This document shows, piece after piece, positions 25,877 through 36,326 of a stretch of 54,645 nucleotides of DNA. The DNA is taken from positions 1 to 54,645 of the forward strand of contig JBIOJX010000002.1 of the NCBI GenBank assembly GCA_044451265.1. Direction: 5' to 3'. A model generated the notes under the pieces. It did no database searches and had not been told where the DNA came from. It saw nothing but the letters and a program-made list of their open reading frames with translations. A program made the translations under genes and the position numbers. The stretch comes from Desulfobaccales bacterium (GTDB taxonomy: Bacteria; Desulfobacterota; Desulfobaccia; Desulfobaccales; 0-14-0-80-60-11). The first letter of the stretch is position 1; each line of letters opens with the position of its first letter.

Positions 25877-27187
25877 ATGTATATTGCGGAAGGTTTAACA
25901 ATTCATTTCATAGTAATAGGCGTCCTCCAGATAATGGTGATGTTAGTCCTGTCCAGGCGTCATCTTTTTCATTATCGGTCCGCGGGTTTTTGGGCTTGGT
26001 GTGCCGTTTCTTTGTATTTCCTGGTAACCCCAGCCATTCAGCTTAATGGGGATTTATCTTATTTGGAAACCCGGTTGGCGCTTACCGAGGGCTTGCCGCG
26101 CATGGAATGGGTCACTCTTTGTGTAGCCATGGGTATTGCGGTTTTTTTCCTGGCCTATTTCGTAACCAAGCCCGGACACCCCAATTTCGGATTAACGCAA
26201 GAAACCTGGCCAACGGGAACCTGGATCATTATTATTCTGGCGATGCTGAGTGCGGCTTATTCCCTGATAATTTTCCGAGGGGCCTTTGGCTACGAAACTC
26301 CTGCTTATACCATCGTAAACGGCAGGTACGTCCAGGGAGATACTGGTTATGGAACAGTTATGCATACCTTTGCCCTGTTCCCCATCGTTTTGCTTTTTTC
26401 CCGCCGTTCCACCAGATTGTTGGGGGTCGCCCTGGTGGGTTTGTTTATCTGGGGACGCCTGGAGGATACGATGGATCGGGCCACCTCTGTCAGTCTGCTT
26501 CTGGCGATATCTATTGCTGACACCTACCGGCGTCGTCGCCGCTGGCCGCATTGGGCATTCATTGTCATAGCTTTGCTATTTACGCTGTTCATCCAGGCGC
26601 GGGGGCATACGGGCTTCGCTCAATTTCGAGAATCTGGAAGATCAATAGTGAGCGCGAGCGAGGAGGAAGTAGCGAGAGGTGAAGGTGCAGTCATGCTCTC
26701 TACTCTTTATCTGAAAACTTATTTGGCTGATAATGGCGGATATACTTACGGTCTGAATATTATTTCACAAAGCTTGTTTGGGGCGCTGCCCCGGAAATAC
26801 TTTCCCTGGAAGAGCTGGTTGGAAGACGAATATGGAAAAGTAGATCTATCGCAGGTTTACGGTTCGGAGTTTTTAACCGGGGCCAAACATACGGTCATCG
26901 GTGATCTTTATGGCTGCGGCAGCATCATTGCCATCATTATTGGCATGCCTATACTGGGCTTTCTAACCCGTAAGCTGGACGGCTTTCTATCGCCTCAAAG
27001 TCCCATGCTCGTGCGAACTATGGGGATTTGCTGGGCCAGCACCCTTTGGCTGAGTTTTGGCAGCGGTGTAAGCTGGGCATTTTGCCAAGTTTATCTTTAC
27101 GCCGTCCCTTTCGTGGCGATAGTCTTGCTGACGTACGTACTTTCTCCCAAGACTACTCATAGAGGAGTGCGGGTCTTGGCCAGGTAA
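25877..27187 (+). CDS. wzy: Wzy-like polysaccharide polymerase / O-antigen-ligase-like integral membrane protein
   Basis: The protein has about 10-12 TM helices, a central Arg-rich loop (DTYRRRRRW) and a larger hydrophilic loop. It sits in a Wzx/Wzc locus. I recognised no strong sequence motif. Confidence 0.6.
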   Translation: MYIAEGLTIHFIVIGVLQIMVMLVLSRRHLFHYRSAGFWAWCAVSLYFLVTPAIQLNGDLSYLETRLALTEGLPRMEWVTLCVAMGIAVFFLAYFVTKPGHPNFGLTQETWPTGTWIIIILAMLSAAYSLIIFRGAFGYETPAYTIVNGRYVQGDTGYGTVMHTFALFPIVLLFSRRSTRLLGVALVGLFIWGRLEDTMDRATSVSLLLAISIADTYRRRRRWPHWAFIVIALLFTLFIQARGHTGFAQFRESGRSIVSASEEEVARGEGAVMLSTLYLKTYLADNGGYTYGLNIISQSLFGALPRKYFPWKSWLEDEYGKVDLSQVYGSEFLTGAKHTVIGDLYGCGSIIAIIIGMPILGFLTRKLDGFLSPQSPMLVRTMGICWASTLWLSFGSGVSWAFCQVYLYAVPFVAIVLLTYVLSPKTTHRGVRVLAR

Positions 27188-27191
27188 GGCA

Positions 27192-28391
27192 ATGGTTATG
27201 CGCTTGGTAGTTTTATTCGATAATTTTGGGCCTTACCATCTGGCCAGACTAAGGGCGACCAGATCCCGGGGGCGAGCAGAAGGCGTAACTGTTTGCGGTC
27301 TGGAAGCCGTGGGCAAGTCTGAGGATTATGCCTGGAGCATCGATAGTCATGATGAGCGCGAAGGCATCTTCACCTTGTTTCCTGGGAACACGTTCCTGAA
27401 CAGAAGTGCATTGAGGATCGGGTGGCGCGCGTGGTGCACCCTAAACAGGATAAATGCCGATTTCCTGGCTATCTGCGGATATCAGGGCGCCTTTACGCTC
27501 ATGGCGCTGCTGTGGGCCAAGATGCATGGGAAAATAGCGGTCATGATGTCAGATAGCAGTTATGGCGACCAGACCCGGAGCTACTGGCGGGAGTGGGGTA
27601 AGAGGCAGATAGTGAGCCGCTTCGATGCCGCGCTGGTGGCGGGCCGGCGACAGAAGGAGTACGCAGCTTTCCTGGGGATACCCGCAAAGCGCATTTTTCT
27701 GGGCTACGATGTGGTGGACAACGAACATTTCTCCCAGGAGGCTGCGGTGGTTCGCCAGAAGGCGGAATTTTATCGGCAACAAGGAGGTCTCCCCCAGCGC
27801 TACTTTTTAACGGTGTCCCGTTTCATCGGCAAAAAGAACCTCCCTTTTCTGCTGGAAGCTTATATGCGGTACCGCCGGATGGCTGTTACTCATCATTGGG
27901 ACCTCGTCTTGTGCGGTTCGGGTCCGATGGAAGCAGGCCTTAGGGAGCAAGCCGGACAAATGCCCGGGGTCCATTTTCCGGGATTCAAACAAGCCTCGGA
28001 ATTACCCATATATTATGGACTTGCCTCGACTTTTATCATTCCCAGTTCCCATAATGAGCAATGGGGTTTGGTAGTGAACGAAGCCATGGCCTGTGGGCTG
28101 CCGGTATTGGTAAGCCGCGCCTGCGGCTGTGCCCAGGATCTGGTGCAGGAGGGAGTCAACGGCTTTACCTTCGACCCCCACGACGTCGACGCCCTGGCCC
28201 GGCTGCTGCTGAGAATATCCTCTGGCCAGATGGACCTCGCGGCCATGGGACAGGCATCCCGCAACATTATCTCCGCCTATACGCCGGAGACCTTTGCTGC
28301 CAACCTGCTCGCCGCGATCAAGAATTCCCTGGCTGCTCTAGGTAGAAAGGCCAAAAATCAGGGGAGCGAACCTTGCGATTTCTCTGTGTAA
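27192..28391 (+). CDS. Family-4 (GT-B) glycosyltransferase
   Basis: FIIPSSHNEQWGLVVNEAMACGLPVLVSRACGCAQDLVQEGVNGFTF is the EX7E motif. Confidence 0.85.
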   Translation: MVMRLVVLFDNFGPYHLARLRATRSRGRAEGVTVCGLEAVGKSEDYAWSIDSHDEREGIFTLFPGNTFLNRSALRIGWRAWCTLNRINADFLAICGYQGAFTLMALLWAKMHGKIAVMMSDSSYGDQTRSYWREWGKRQIVSRFDAALVAGRRQKEYAAFLGIPAKRIFLGYDVVDNEHFSQEAAVVRQKAEFYRQQGGLPQRYFLTVSRFIGKKNLPFLLEAYMRYRRMAVTHHWDLVLCGSGPMEAGLREQAGQMPGVHFPGFKQASELPIYYGLASTFIIPSSHNEQWGLVVNEAMACGLPVLVSRACGCAQDLVQEGVNGFTFDPHDVDALARLLLRISSGQMDLAAMGQASRNIISAYTPETFAANLLAAIKNSLAALGRKAKNQGSEPCDFSV

Positions 28392-29557
28392 GCGCCGTCT
28401 TCCCACCTGCTTTTGACTATGGCGGCATACCGCATATTGCTCAGGGGTTGGCCGAGGCCCTGATCTCCCTGGGCCACCCCTGCCAGGTAATTGCCACCAA
28501 TGCCGGGGGAGCCAAGAATCTCCAGGTGAAGCTCGAAGAGCCCACCATTTATGAGGGGGTTCCCATTCTCTATACGCAACGCTGGGGAAATAATTCCTAC
28601 TTTTATGCGCCTTATCTGAGGAAACATCTGCAGGCATTAGCTCCTGATTATGACATAGCCATGGTCCTGGGAGGCTGGGGTTATATCAACCTGGCGGCCC
28701 GACTGGCACTGCCTGGATCGGGTTTGCCCTATGTGCTCAATCCGCAGGGGCTTTTCGATCCCTGGGCCTTTCGCCACAAGTATCTCAAGAAGCTGCTCTA
28801 TTGGCGCCTGGTGGAAAAGCGTAATTACGCCAAAGCCGGCGGCATTGTGGCCCTGACTGACAGCGAGGCCGCGCAGGTGAAGGAGTATATCAACGGGGTG
28901 CCCGTCCGGGTCATCCCCAACGGCGTCAATTTGACACATTTTCAGCACAACCCGGGCAAGGCGGAACTGGAGAGATCCTTCCCGGTGCTGGCCGATTCGC
29001 CCTATGTCCTCTTCCTCTCCCGCCTCCACCCTAAAAAAGGTCTGGATCTTCTTTTCCCGGCCTTTCAGCGGCTCTTAGCTCTGTGCCGGGAAAAGGATTA
29101 TTCCACCCCCTACCTGGTGGTGGCTGGAGATGGGGAACAGAAATACAAACACGACCTGGAGAATCTGGTCCAGCGTTTGGAGATCCGGGACCGTGTCTTG
29201 TTTACCGGGCTCGTCACCGGGGAAGTGAAGCTGGCGTTATTGCACCATTGCGCATTTATGGTCCTGCCGTCCCGGGGAGAGGGCCTGCCCATGGCGGTAC
29301 TGGAGACTATGGCCTGCGGCAAGCCGGTGGTCATCACCCCGGGCTGTTACTTGCCGGAGGTGGCCAGGGCCGGCGCCGGCCTTGAGGTTGAGCTGGAGGT
29401 GGAACAATTCGCTCAGGCCATGTTGAAACTTTGGAACAACCTCGGACTCCGTTTGGAAATGGGGGAAAAAGCCTTGAAGCTGATTATCCATAAATTTACC
29501 TGGCATAAGGTGGCAGAACAAACTGTCAATTTTTGCAAACAAATCCTTCGCAGTTAG
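28373..29557 (+). CDS. Family-4 (GT-B) glycosyltransferase
   Basis: The TTG start follows a GGGGAG SD. The motifs are MRFLCVSAVFPP...GGI and VLPSRGEGLPMAVLETMACGKPVVITP. Confidence 0.85.
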   Translation: MRFLCVSAVFPPAFDYGGIPHIAQGLAEALISLGHPCQVIATNAGGAKNLQVKLEEPTIYEGVPILYTQRWGNNSYFYAPYLRKHLQALAPDYDIAMVLGGWGYINLAARLALPGSGLPYVLNPQGLFDPWAFRHKYLKKLLYWRLVEKRNYAKAGGIVALTDSEAAQVKEYINGVPVRVIPNGVNLTHFQHNPGKAELERSFPVLADSPYVLFLSRLHPKKGLDLLFPAFQRLLALCREKDYSTPYLVVAGDGEQKYKHDLENLVQRLEIRDRVLFTGLVTGEVKLALLHHCAFMVLPSRGEGLPMAVLETMACGKPVVITPGCYLPEVARAGAGLEVELEVEQFAQAMLKLWNNLGLRLEMGEKALKLIIHKFTWHKVAEQTVNFCKQILRS

Positions 29558-29601
29558 GATTGGCCCAAGGTGGTTTTGGGTAAAGTTATTCGATTCGAAA
29601 A

Positions 29602-31296
29602 ATGATGATTAAATCAATACAACAAAAAGTTAAAGATATGTGGATAGCACAAGCTAACAAGGAGAATTTATTCATCATTCTGGCATATCGCCTAATAATA
29701 TTTTCTGCAATCATAAAGCTATTTTTTATAGGGCGGCCATTAATAGGGCATTATGATAGCGAGGGGCAATTATATTCCCTGATGGCTATGAGTTTGAATA
29801 AATATGGGTTTTTCAAGCTGGCATTTATACCAGTAAACAATAGTGGGTTATTAACTAATCCACCAGATTATTATGCCCACTGGCCTCTTCTTTATCCGAA
29901 TTTCCTGGCATGGGCTTTTCATATCTTTGGACAAAAAGTTGAAATTGGAAGATTAATTACTGCCATCGCATCTACATTAAGTTATTGGCTATTATTTGAC
30001 ATTGTGAAGAGAAATTATAGTGAAAGAATGGCATTTTTTACAATTGTTTTTTTTATTATGGCCCCAATTAACCTGTATTACTCCTTTTGGATTGGGCGAA
30101 CATTTATTGCCTTAGCCTTATGGGTCGCAGCGATTCGCTCATTTCTTATTTGCATTAGATGTGAGGAGAAATATTATAGGCATCTGTTTTTTGCCTGCAT
30201 ATGGTTTGCCATGGCCACATTAATATCGTGGGAACCTATTGTAACTATTATTGGTTTAACTATTATTTATTTTATAAGCAAAGACATGTTTTCACGAAAA
30301 GCTGCTCTTGCGTGCATGGTAGCATTAGTGATTCCTTTTGTAGCCCATCATGTTTATATTATGGTTATCGCCCCGCATCTGTTAGTAGACCAGTTTAATG
30401 CTTACCTTATAAGATCTTATAGCCAGACAAGTATGCTGCCGCCACGTCCATTTTTAAATTGGCTTTTTTTAATAGCCTATAATATGTACATTTCGTTTGG
30501 GATAATAATCCTAATGAGCAGCTTTTTGGGTTTGATCCTGCTGATAAAGTCTTGGATAAAACAAAATAAATCCTCTCATAAATCCAATAAGAACAATATA
30601 TTTCATATGAAATTTGACTATTCTGATACGCATGAATTTTTATTCCTCATTATTCTTCTAATTTCCATGCCTTTGTTCTGGTTTTTAGCCGCACCAAGGC
30701 AGGGTTTCGACCATGACTATGAATGTATATTATGGATACCTTTTATATGTTTAACCGCCGCCTATTTATGGGACTATTTTTTTCAACGTCAAATGAAACC
30801 AATTATAATTATAGTAATCATTTGCATAGTGAGTCTCATAGGGACTGAATCATTTATTGGCTTTAAGAGATATTACAGAATAGATTATAGTAATGAATAT
30901 TCAAAAATTATCAATTTGAAAGATAGATTAAAAGACACTGATATATTAATCGTATCGCAGAATGACTTTTCCAAACCTACTACAGCTTTTCTCACCGGAT
31001 GCCTTATTGTAAAAGTAATTTCAAAAGAGCAGGCCTTAAGGTTTATAAAGTTGAGAACGCCTAACTTGGCAGGCAATATTTATTATATGGATTATAAGCA
31101 AAGTAATATACAAATTAATGAAAATCAGGATGACTTTTTGTATTATTTTAAGAATAAACTTATCAAATATTATAAACCATTAAAATGGAAAACATACCCA
31201 GAATTATCAGAATGGGTAAAAGATAATTTTTCTCGAGAAGAATTACCCGGCGGATTGATTCTCTACGATATGAATTCTCTTAAAGAACTTGATTAA
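29602..31296 (+). CDS. Polytopic membrane protein, GT-C fold (ArnT/PMT, GT39/GT83-like) candidate
   Basis: The protein has more than 10 TM helices, an early loop with an acidic motif (HYDSEGQ) and a soluble C-terminal domain of about 130 aa. It is the most AT-rich long gene in the window. The family assignment is tentative. Confidence 0.45.
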   Translation: MMIKSIQQKVKDMWIAQANKENLFIILAYRLIIFSAIIKLFFIGRPLIGHYDSEGQLYSLMAMSLNKYGFFKLAFIPVNNSGLLTNPPDYYAHWPLLYPNFLAWAFHIFGQKVEIGRLITAIASTLSYWLLFDIVKRNYSERMAFFTIVFFIMAPINLYYSFWIGRTFIALALWVAAIRSFLICIRCEEKYYRHLFFACIWFAMATLISWEPIVTIIGLTIIYFISKDMFSRKAALACMVALVIPFVAHHVYIMVIAPHLLVDQFNAYLIRSYSQTSMLPPRPFLNWLFLIAYNMYISFGIIILMSSFLGLILLIKSWIKQNKSSHKSNKNNIFHMKFDYSDTHEFLFLIILLISMPLFWFLAAPRQGFDHDYECILWIPFICLTAAYLWDYFFQRQMKPIIIIVIICIVSLIGTESFIGFKRYYRIDYSNEYSKIINLKDRLKDTDILIVSQNDFSKPTTAFLTGCLIVKVISKEQALRFIKLRTPNLAGNIYYMDYKQSNIQINENQDDFLYYFKNKLIKYYKPLKWKTYPELSEWVKDNFSREELPGGLILYDMNSLKELD

Positions 31297-31298
31297 AG

Positions 31299-32162
31299 AT
31301 GAAGATAGGTTCTAAAATCATGGGTTCAATTCCAATAACGGTCATCGTGCTGACCTATAACGAAGAAGCCAACATTGCCGCCTGTCTGGAAAGCTTACAG
31401 GATTTTACCGAAGAAGTCTTTGTAGTGGATTCGTTCAGCACCGACGCAACCCTGGAGATTGCCCGGAACTACACGGAGAAGATTTATCAAAACCCCTGGC
31501 ATGATTGGGCCACGCAACGCAACTGGGCCCTGGACCATCTACCCATATCGCATGAATGGATTCTTTTTCTGGACGCCGATGAGCTCTTAACCCCTGACTT
31601 TGCTGATGAACTCGAGCCGCAATTGGCGGCACCGCCGCCAGACCTGGCCGGGTTTAACGTGCATTTCAAGTTTTTTTTCCTGGGACGGCCCTTGAGATTC
31701 GGTTACGAATCACCGCCAGTGGTGCGCCTGGTCCGGCGGGGGCGGGGCCGCTGGCAAGGTGAGGGGGCCCGCGAGTATGCCCGCCTGGAAGGGAAGACCC
31801 GGGATATTAAGAGCAAGCTGGACCATTGGGATCGAAAAGGTCTGGCCGCCTGGATCGGCAAGCAGACGGGGAATGCGGTGAGAGAATTACGCCTCCAGAA
31901 GTCCGGGGCGGCGGGTATGACAAAACCCGGTGATTCTCCCGGAACTCACGAACGCCCCTGGCGCCGTTGGCTGCGAGATCAGGTCTGGCAGGGCTTGCCC
32001 CGTTTCTGGCGCACCTTTCCCTACTTTTTTTATCGCTATATCCTCAGGGGCGGAGTTTTGGACGGAAAGGCGGGGTTTGCCTACTGTTTCCTTCAGGCTC
32101 TTTGGTATCCTTTGTTAATTGATATGATGGTAGAGGAAAAATTACATGAGAAAAAAATTTAA
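31299..32162 (+). CDS. Family-2 glycosyltransferase
   Basis: ITVIVLTYNEEANIAACLESL...VFVVDSFSTDATLEIA...FLDADE are GT-A motifs. An alternative start lies at 31320. Confidence 0.8.
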   Translation: MKIGSKIMGSIPITVIVLTYNEEANIAACLESLQDFTEEVFVVDSFSTDATLEIARNYTEKIYQNPWHDWATQRNWALDHLPISHEWILFLDADELLTPDFADELEPQLAAPPPDLAGFNVHFKFFFLGRPLRFGYESPPVVRLVRRGRGRWQGEGAREYARLEGKTRDIKSKLDHWDRKGLAAWIGKQTGNAVRELRLQKSGAAGMTKPGDSPGTHERPWRRWLRDQVWQGLPRFWRTFPYFFYRYILRGGVLDGKAGFAYCFLQALWYPLLIDMMVEEKLHEKKI

Positions 32163-32811
32163 TATTGAGGCGGAGAGGAATTATTATGAGAAAAATGAGC
32201 TGCCTCAAGAATCATTTATTGTAAAGAATAATGTCGTAGAAAATATTATGCGGTTTTGTACCAAATCTTACGAATGGGATTCGCTGCTTCACGGGAAAAT
32301 AGTTCTGGAAGTAGGTGCTGGGGAATGCCCGTATGCCAGCTATACCTTCTCCAAGGCATCTCCCAAATTATATATTGCTTCAGATCTTTTTACGGATCGC
32401 ATGCTATTTGCCAGGGCGTCATTAACATTTCCACACATTGCATTTCTCGGGTCAAATGTGCTCTCCCTTCCTTTAAAAAATGGATCCGTCGATTTCTGTA
32501 TGGCACAAGGCTTGCTACATCATATCCCTAATTTGAAAGAAGCTATCAGGGAAATTGGCAGGGTCCTGAAAATCGGCGGGATGTTCCTATTTAGAGAACC
32601 ATGGGGAGGAAATCCTTTAATCTGGATAAAATACAACGTCATCGAAAAGAGCGACAACGAATTCCCCCTTACCCAGAGACAAATGAAAGATTGTTTGGCC
32701 GCGAACGGCTTTAAAGTTCTCCAAATGAACCGGTTTTGGCTCCGATTTCCCAAACTCTCACCCGGCCCCTGGTCGGTTAACATCGGCGGTTTGGCGATTA
32801 AAGAAAGATAA
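32146..32811 (+). CDS. Class I SAM-dependent methyltransferase
   Basis: The motifs are VLEVGAGECPY, GLLHHIPN and VLKIGGMFLFREP. The gene overlaps the upstream GT2 by 17 nt. Confidence 0.75.
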   Translation: MRKKFNIEAERNYYEKNELPQESFIVKNNVVENIMRFCTKSYEWDSLLHGKIVLEVGAGECPYASYTFSKASPKLYIASDLFTDRMLFARASLTFPHIAFLGSNVLSLPLKNGSVDFCMAQGLLHHIPNLKEAIREIGRVLKIGGMFLFREPWGGNPLIWIKYNVIEKSDNEFPLTQRQMKDCLAANGFKVLQMNRFWLRFPKLSPGPWSVNIGGLAIKER

Positions 32812-34986
32812 ATGAAACAGATTATCCAATCATATAAAACCGGCAAAATCACCCTGGCGGAGGTGCCGGCGCCCGGGGTCAAAAGCGGCGGCTTGTTGGT
32901 TCAGACACGAGCTTCGCTCATCAGTCCGGGAACCGAAAAGCTGATGATCGAAATGGGGCAAAAGAGCCTGCTGGGCAAGGCTCGGGCCCGGCCGGACCTG
33001 GTGCGCCAGGCCTGGGCCAAAGCTAAGAAAGAAGGCTTCCTCAGCGTCTATAGAGAAGCCCTGAACCGCCTGGATGAGCCGATCCCCCTGGGTTATAGCG
33101 CCGCCGGGGTGGTCGAGGAAGTGGGCCCCGGGGTCATAGGCTTTAAGCCTGGCGATCGAGTAGCGCTGGCCGGCGCCGGCTTCGCCTCGCATGCCGAGGT
33201 GCTGTGGGTCCCAGAGAACCTCTGCGTCCCTATTCCTCCAAATGTCGACTTTGAAGCCGCGGCGTTTGCCATGTTGGGAGCCATAGCCCTGCATGGGGTG
33301 CGCCTGGCCGGCCTCACTCTGGGGGAAACCGCGGTGGTCATTGGTTTGGGTCTCCTGGGCCTCCTCAGTGTGCAATTACTCGCGGCGCAGGGTTGCCGGG
33401 TCATTGGGGTGGACCTGGACCGGCGTAGAGGCGAGCTGGCCAGAGCCTTGGGCGCCGATCTGGCCCTCGTTCCCGGTGAGGATGAGGTCGAGGAAATGGT
33501 CGCTAATGTTACCAGGGACATGGGGGCTGACGCGGTCCTCATCACGGCGGCCAGCAAAGACGCACGGCCGCTCCAGCTTGCCGAAGCAGTGGCCCGGAAG
33601 CGGGCGCGGTTGGTATTGGTGGGAGTGGCGGAGCTGAACCTGACGCGTAAGGCCTTCTGGGAAAAGGAGCTGAGCTTCACGGTTTCTAAGGCAGGGGGCC
33701 CGGGGAGCCTGGAGCCGGCCTATGAAACCAAAGGCTTCGATTACCCTCTTTCCCTGGTGCGCTGGACCGAACGGCGGAACCTGTCCGCCTTCCTGGAACT
33801 GGTGGGCAAGGGCCAGGTGCGGGTGGAACCCTTGATCACCCACCGCTTCCCTCTTTCGCAGTCTCTCCAGGCTTATGACTTGATCTTAAAGAACCTCGAG
33901 CCCTACATCGGCGTGGTCCTCCAATATCCCCAGGAAGAGGAAGCGCCTGACCTTGGAGCCCAGGCCCATAAGGTCTATGTCAGGACTGCCCCTCCACCAA
34001 CCGGGTCTTCCTCCCCGGGCCGGGCGCTGGGATTGATCGGCGGAGGTCTGTTTACTAAGAATATTTTGCTGCCTGTTCTCCAGAAAAACCGAGTCATCAC
34101 CCTGACGGGAGTCGCCACCACCACTGGGGTCACCGCCCGGCATATTGCCGACAAGTTCGGATTTACTTACGCGGCTACCAACTACCGGGAAATCCTGAAA
34201 GATACCGCCATTGACCGCGTGCTTATCACTACCCGGCACAACTCCCATGCGGCCCTGGTGGTGGAGGCCCTGGCCGCCGGCAAACATGTCCTGGTGGAAA
34301 AGCCGCTGTGCCTTACCCCTGAAGAATTGACGGCAATCGAGGCCGCCTATGACGGCTCTCGGCTCCTGATGGTGGGGTTCAACCGGCGCTTTGCTCCGCT
34401 GGCCCAGGAGGTCAAGGCCAGGCTGACCGGCCGCATCACGCCCCTGATGATGATTTATCGGGTGAACGCCGGCTTTATTCCAGAGGACCACTGGGTGCAT
34501 GACCCGGCCGTCGGCGGGGGCCGTCTCTTGGGAGAGGTCTGCCATTTCCTCGATTTCCTGCACTACATGACGGACTCGGAGGCGGCCTCGGTCCAAGTCA
34601 CCCCCATCTCGGGAGCTTGCGGCAAGTACCGACCCGATGATAACCTGGCCATTACCCTGACCTTCAAGGATGGGTCCGTCGGTACGGTTCTTTATACCGC
34701 CAAAGGGCCAAAGTCTTATTCCCGGGAACGCTTTGAGGTTTTTTGCGAAGATTCTGTGGCAGTCATAGAAGATTTCCGCCGGTGCTCTATCGTTCAAGGA
34801 GGCCGGACGCGCAAACTCAACAAGTTCTCCATGGATATGGGCTACCTGGGCGAGATGCAGTTCTTTGCCCAAGCCCCAGGAGACCCTGCCAGTTTCCAAA
34901 AACTCTTTAACAGTTACCTGGCCTCGACTCGGGCCACCTTAAAAGCAGCCGAAGCCTTAAAGACCGGACAGACGGTGCGGGTCTAG
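32812..34986 (+). CDS. Bi-domain oxidoreductase (N-terminal MDR/zinc-type alcohol dehydrogenase-like + C-terminal Gfo/Idh/MocA)
   Basis: The N-terminal half has LVQTRASLISPGTE and GLGLLGLL Rossmann features. The C-terminal half has LGLIGGGLFTK...EKPLCLT...GFNRRFAP, typical of Gfo/Idh/MocA. Confidence 0.8.
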   Translation: MKQIIQSYKTGKITLAEVPAPGVKSGGLLVQTRASLISPGTEKLMIEMGQKSLLGKARARPDLVRQAWAKAKKEGFLSVYREALNRLDEPIPLGYSAAGVVEEVGPGVIGFKPGDRVALAGAGFASHAEVLWVPENLCVPIPPNVDFEAAAFAMLGAIALHGVRLAGLTLGETAVVIGLGLLGLLSVQLLAAQGCRVIGVDLDRRRGELARALGADLALVPGEDEVEEMVANVTRDMGADAVLITAASKDARPLQLAEAVARKRARLVLVGVAELNLTRKAFWEKELSFTVSKAGGPGSLEPAYETKGFDYPLSLVRWTERRNLSAFLELVGKGQVRVEPLITHRFPLSQSLQAYDLILKNLEPYIGVVLQYPQEEEAPDLGAQAHKVYVRTAPPPTGSSSPGRALGLIGGGLFTKNILLPVLQKNRVITLTGVATTTGVTARHIADKFGFTYAATNYREILKDTAIDRVLITTRHNSHAALVVEALAAGKHVLVEKPLCLTPEELTAIEAAYDGSRLLMVGFNRRFAPLAQEVKARLTGRITPLMMIYRVNAGFIPEDHWVHDPAVGGGRLLGEVCHFLDFLHYMTDSEAASVQVTPISGACGKYRPDDNLAITLTFKDGSVGTVLYTAKGPKSYSRERFEVFCEDSVAVIEDFRRCSIVQGGRTRKLNKFSMDMGYLGEMQFFAQAPGDPASFQKLFNSYLASTRATLKAAEALKTGQTVRV

Positions 34987-35063
34987 CCGGTAAAGAGCGC
35001 GGCGTTTGGCGGAGCATTTTCACATAATTAATCATTTAAAATAGTTATGAAATTATATTCATC

Positions 35064-36326
35064 ATGAAAATCCTGCTCATATCCGCCTTTTTCCCTCCGG
35101 AAGTGGGTTCCGCGGCGCATCTCTTTTACGAGTTGGGCCAGGCCCTGCGGCATCGTGAGCACGAGGTCACGGTGCTCACCGGGCTGCCCCGTTATCATGT
35201 GATCGGCGGCCAGAAGCACTCCCGGCAACGGCCCTTTATTCATGAGACGTATCACGGCCTAAAGGTCCTCCGGGTTTTTAATCTGGATGTTCCCTGGGCC
35301 CAGCCCATCCTGCGGGGACTCGACCAGTTGGTGTTTGCCTTTTTTGCCGCAGTGGCCGGACTCGGCCTCCCGGCATTCGACGCGGCCCTGGTGTACTCGC
35401 CGCCGCTGCCTTTGGCGCTGGCTGCCTGGGCGCTTTGCCGCTGCCGCCGCCGTCCGGTGGTAGTCAACATTCAGGACCTGTTTCCCCAGAGCGCCATCGA
35501 CCTGGGAGTGCTCAAGAATTCCCACCTGATCCGGGTTTTCAGGCGGATGGAATCCTTTTTGTACCGGCGGGCCGATCTGGTCACGGCCCATTCGGAAGGC
35601 AACCGGCGATATATCCTGAATGCCGGCGGGGACCCGAGCAGGGTCGAAGTTATCCCCAACTGGATTGACACCGAGGCCATCAAGCCCGCCCCTCGTCATC
35701 ACGGCTTGCGCTCCGGGCTCGGTCTGGACGAGAAATTCATCGTCTCTTTCGCCGGCATCATGGGGTTTTCCCAGGACCTGGAAACCGTACTGCAAAGCGC
35801 CGAACACTTAAAAGATCATCGGGATATCGCCTTCCTGCTGGTGGGGGACGGGGTTGAGAAGCCGAAATTAGCAGCCATCGCCAGAGACCGCAACCTGGAC
35901 AACGTTTATTTCCTGCCGATGCAGCCCAAGGAAAAATATCCTGACGTGCTGGCGGCCTCCGATGTTTGTCTGGCGACCTTGCGGAAAGAAGTTCGGACTC
36001 CCGTGGTGCCGTCCAAAATCTTAAGCATCATGGCCGCAGGCAGGCCGGTGCTCGCCAGTTTGCCTTTGGCTGGCGATGCGCCGCGGCTGATCGCGGCGGC
36101 CCGCTGCGGCATCTCCATTGCCCCTGGCGAGCCGCAAGCCATGGCCGAGGCCATCCTGCAACTGTACCAGAACCGGGAGCAGGGAGAGGTAATGGGCGCC
36201 AGCGGCCGGGAATTTGTGGTACGGCATTTCTCCTTGGAGCACTGCGCCAAAATTCTGGAAAACTGTCTCAAACAGGTCTGCCAGGCAGATCGCTCCCTTG
36301 TGAGGTCTGATGTTCCGGCTATTTAG
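35064..36326 (+). CDS. Family-4 glycosyltransferase (WbuB/WcaI-like)
   Basis: The sequence contains MKILLISAFFPPEVGSAAHLFYELGQAL and a C-terminal PSKILSIMAAGRPVLA segment. Confidence 0.8.
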   Translation: MKILLISAFFPPEVGSAAHLFYELGQALRHREHEVTVLTGLPRYHVIGGQKHSRQRPFIHETYHGLKVLRVFNLDVPWAQPILRGLDQLVFAFFAAVAGLGLPAFDAALVYSPPLPLALAAWALCRCRRRPVVVNIQDLFPQSAIDLGVLKNSHLIRVFRRMESFLYRRADLVTAHSEGNRRYILNAGGDPSRVEVIPNWIDTEAIKPAPRHHGLRSGLGLDEKFIVSFAGIMGFSQDLETVLQSAEHLKDHRDIAFLLVGDGVEKPKLAAIARDRNLDNVYFLPMQPKEKYPDVLAASDVCLATLRKEVRTPVVPSKILSIMAAGRPVLASLPLAGDAPRLIAAARCGISIAPGEPQAMAEAILQLYQNREQGEVMGASGREFVVRHFSLEHCAKILENCLKQVCQADRSLVRSDVPAI

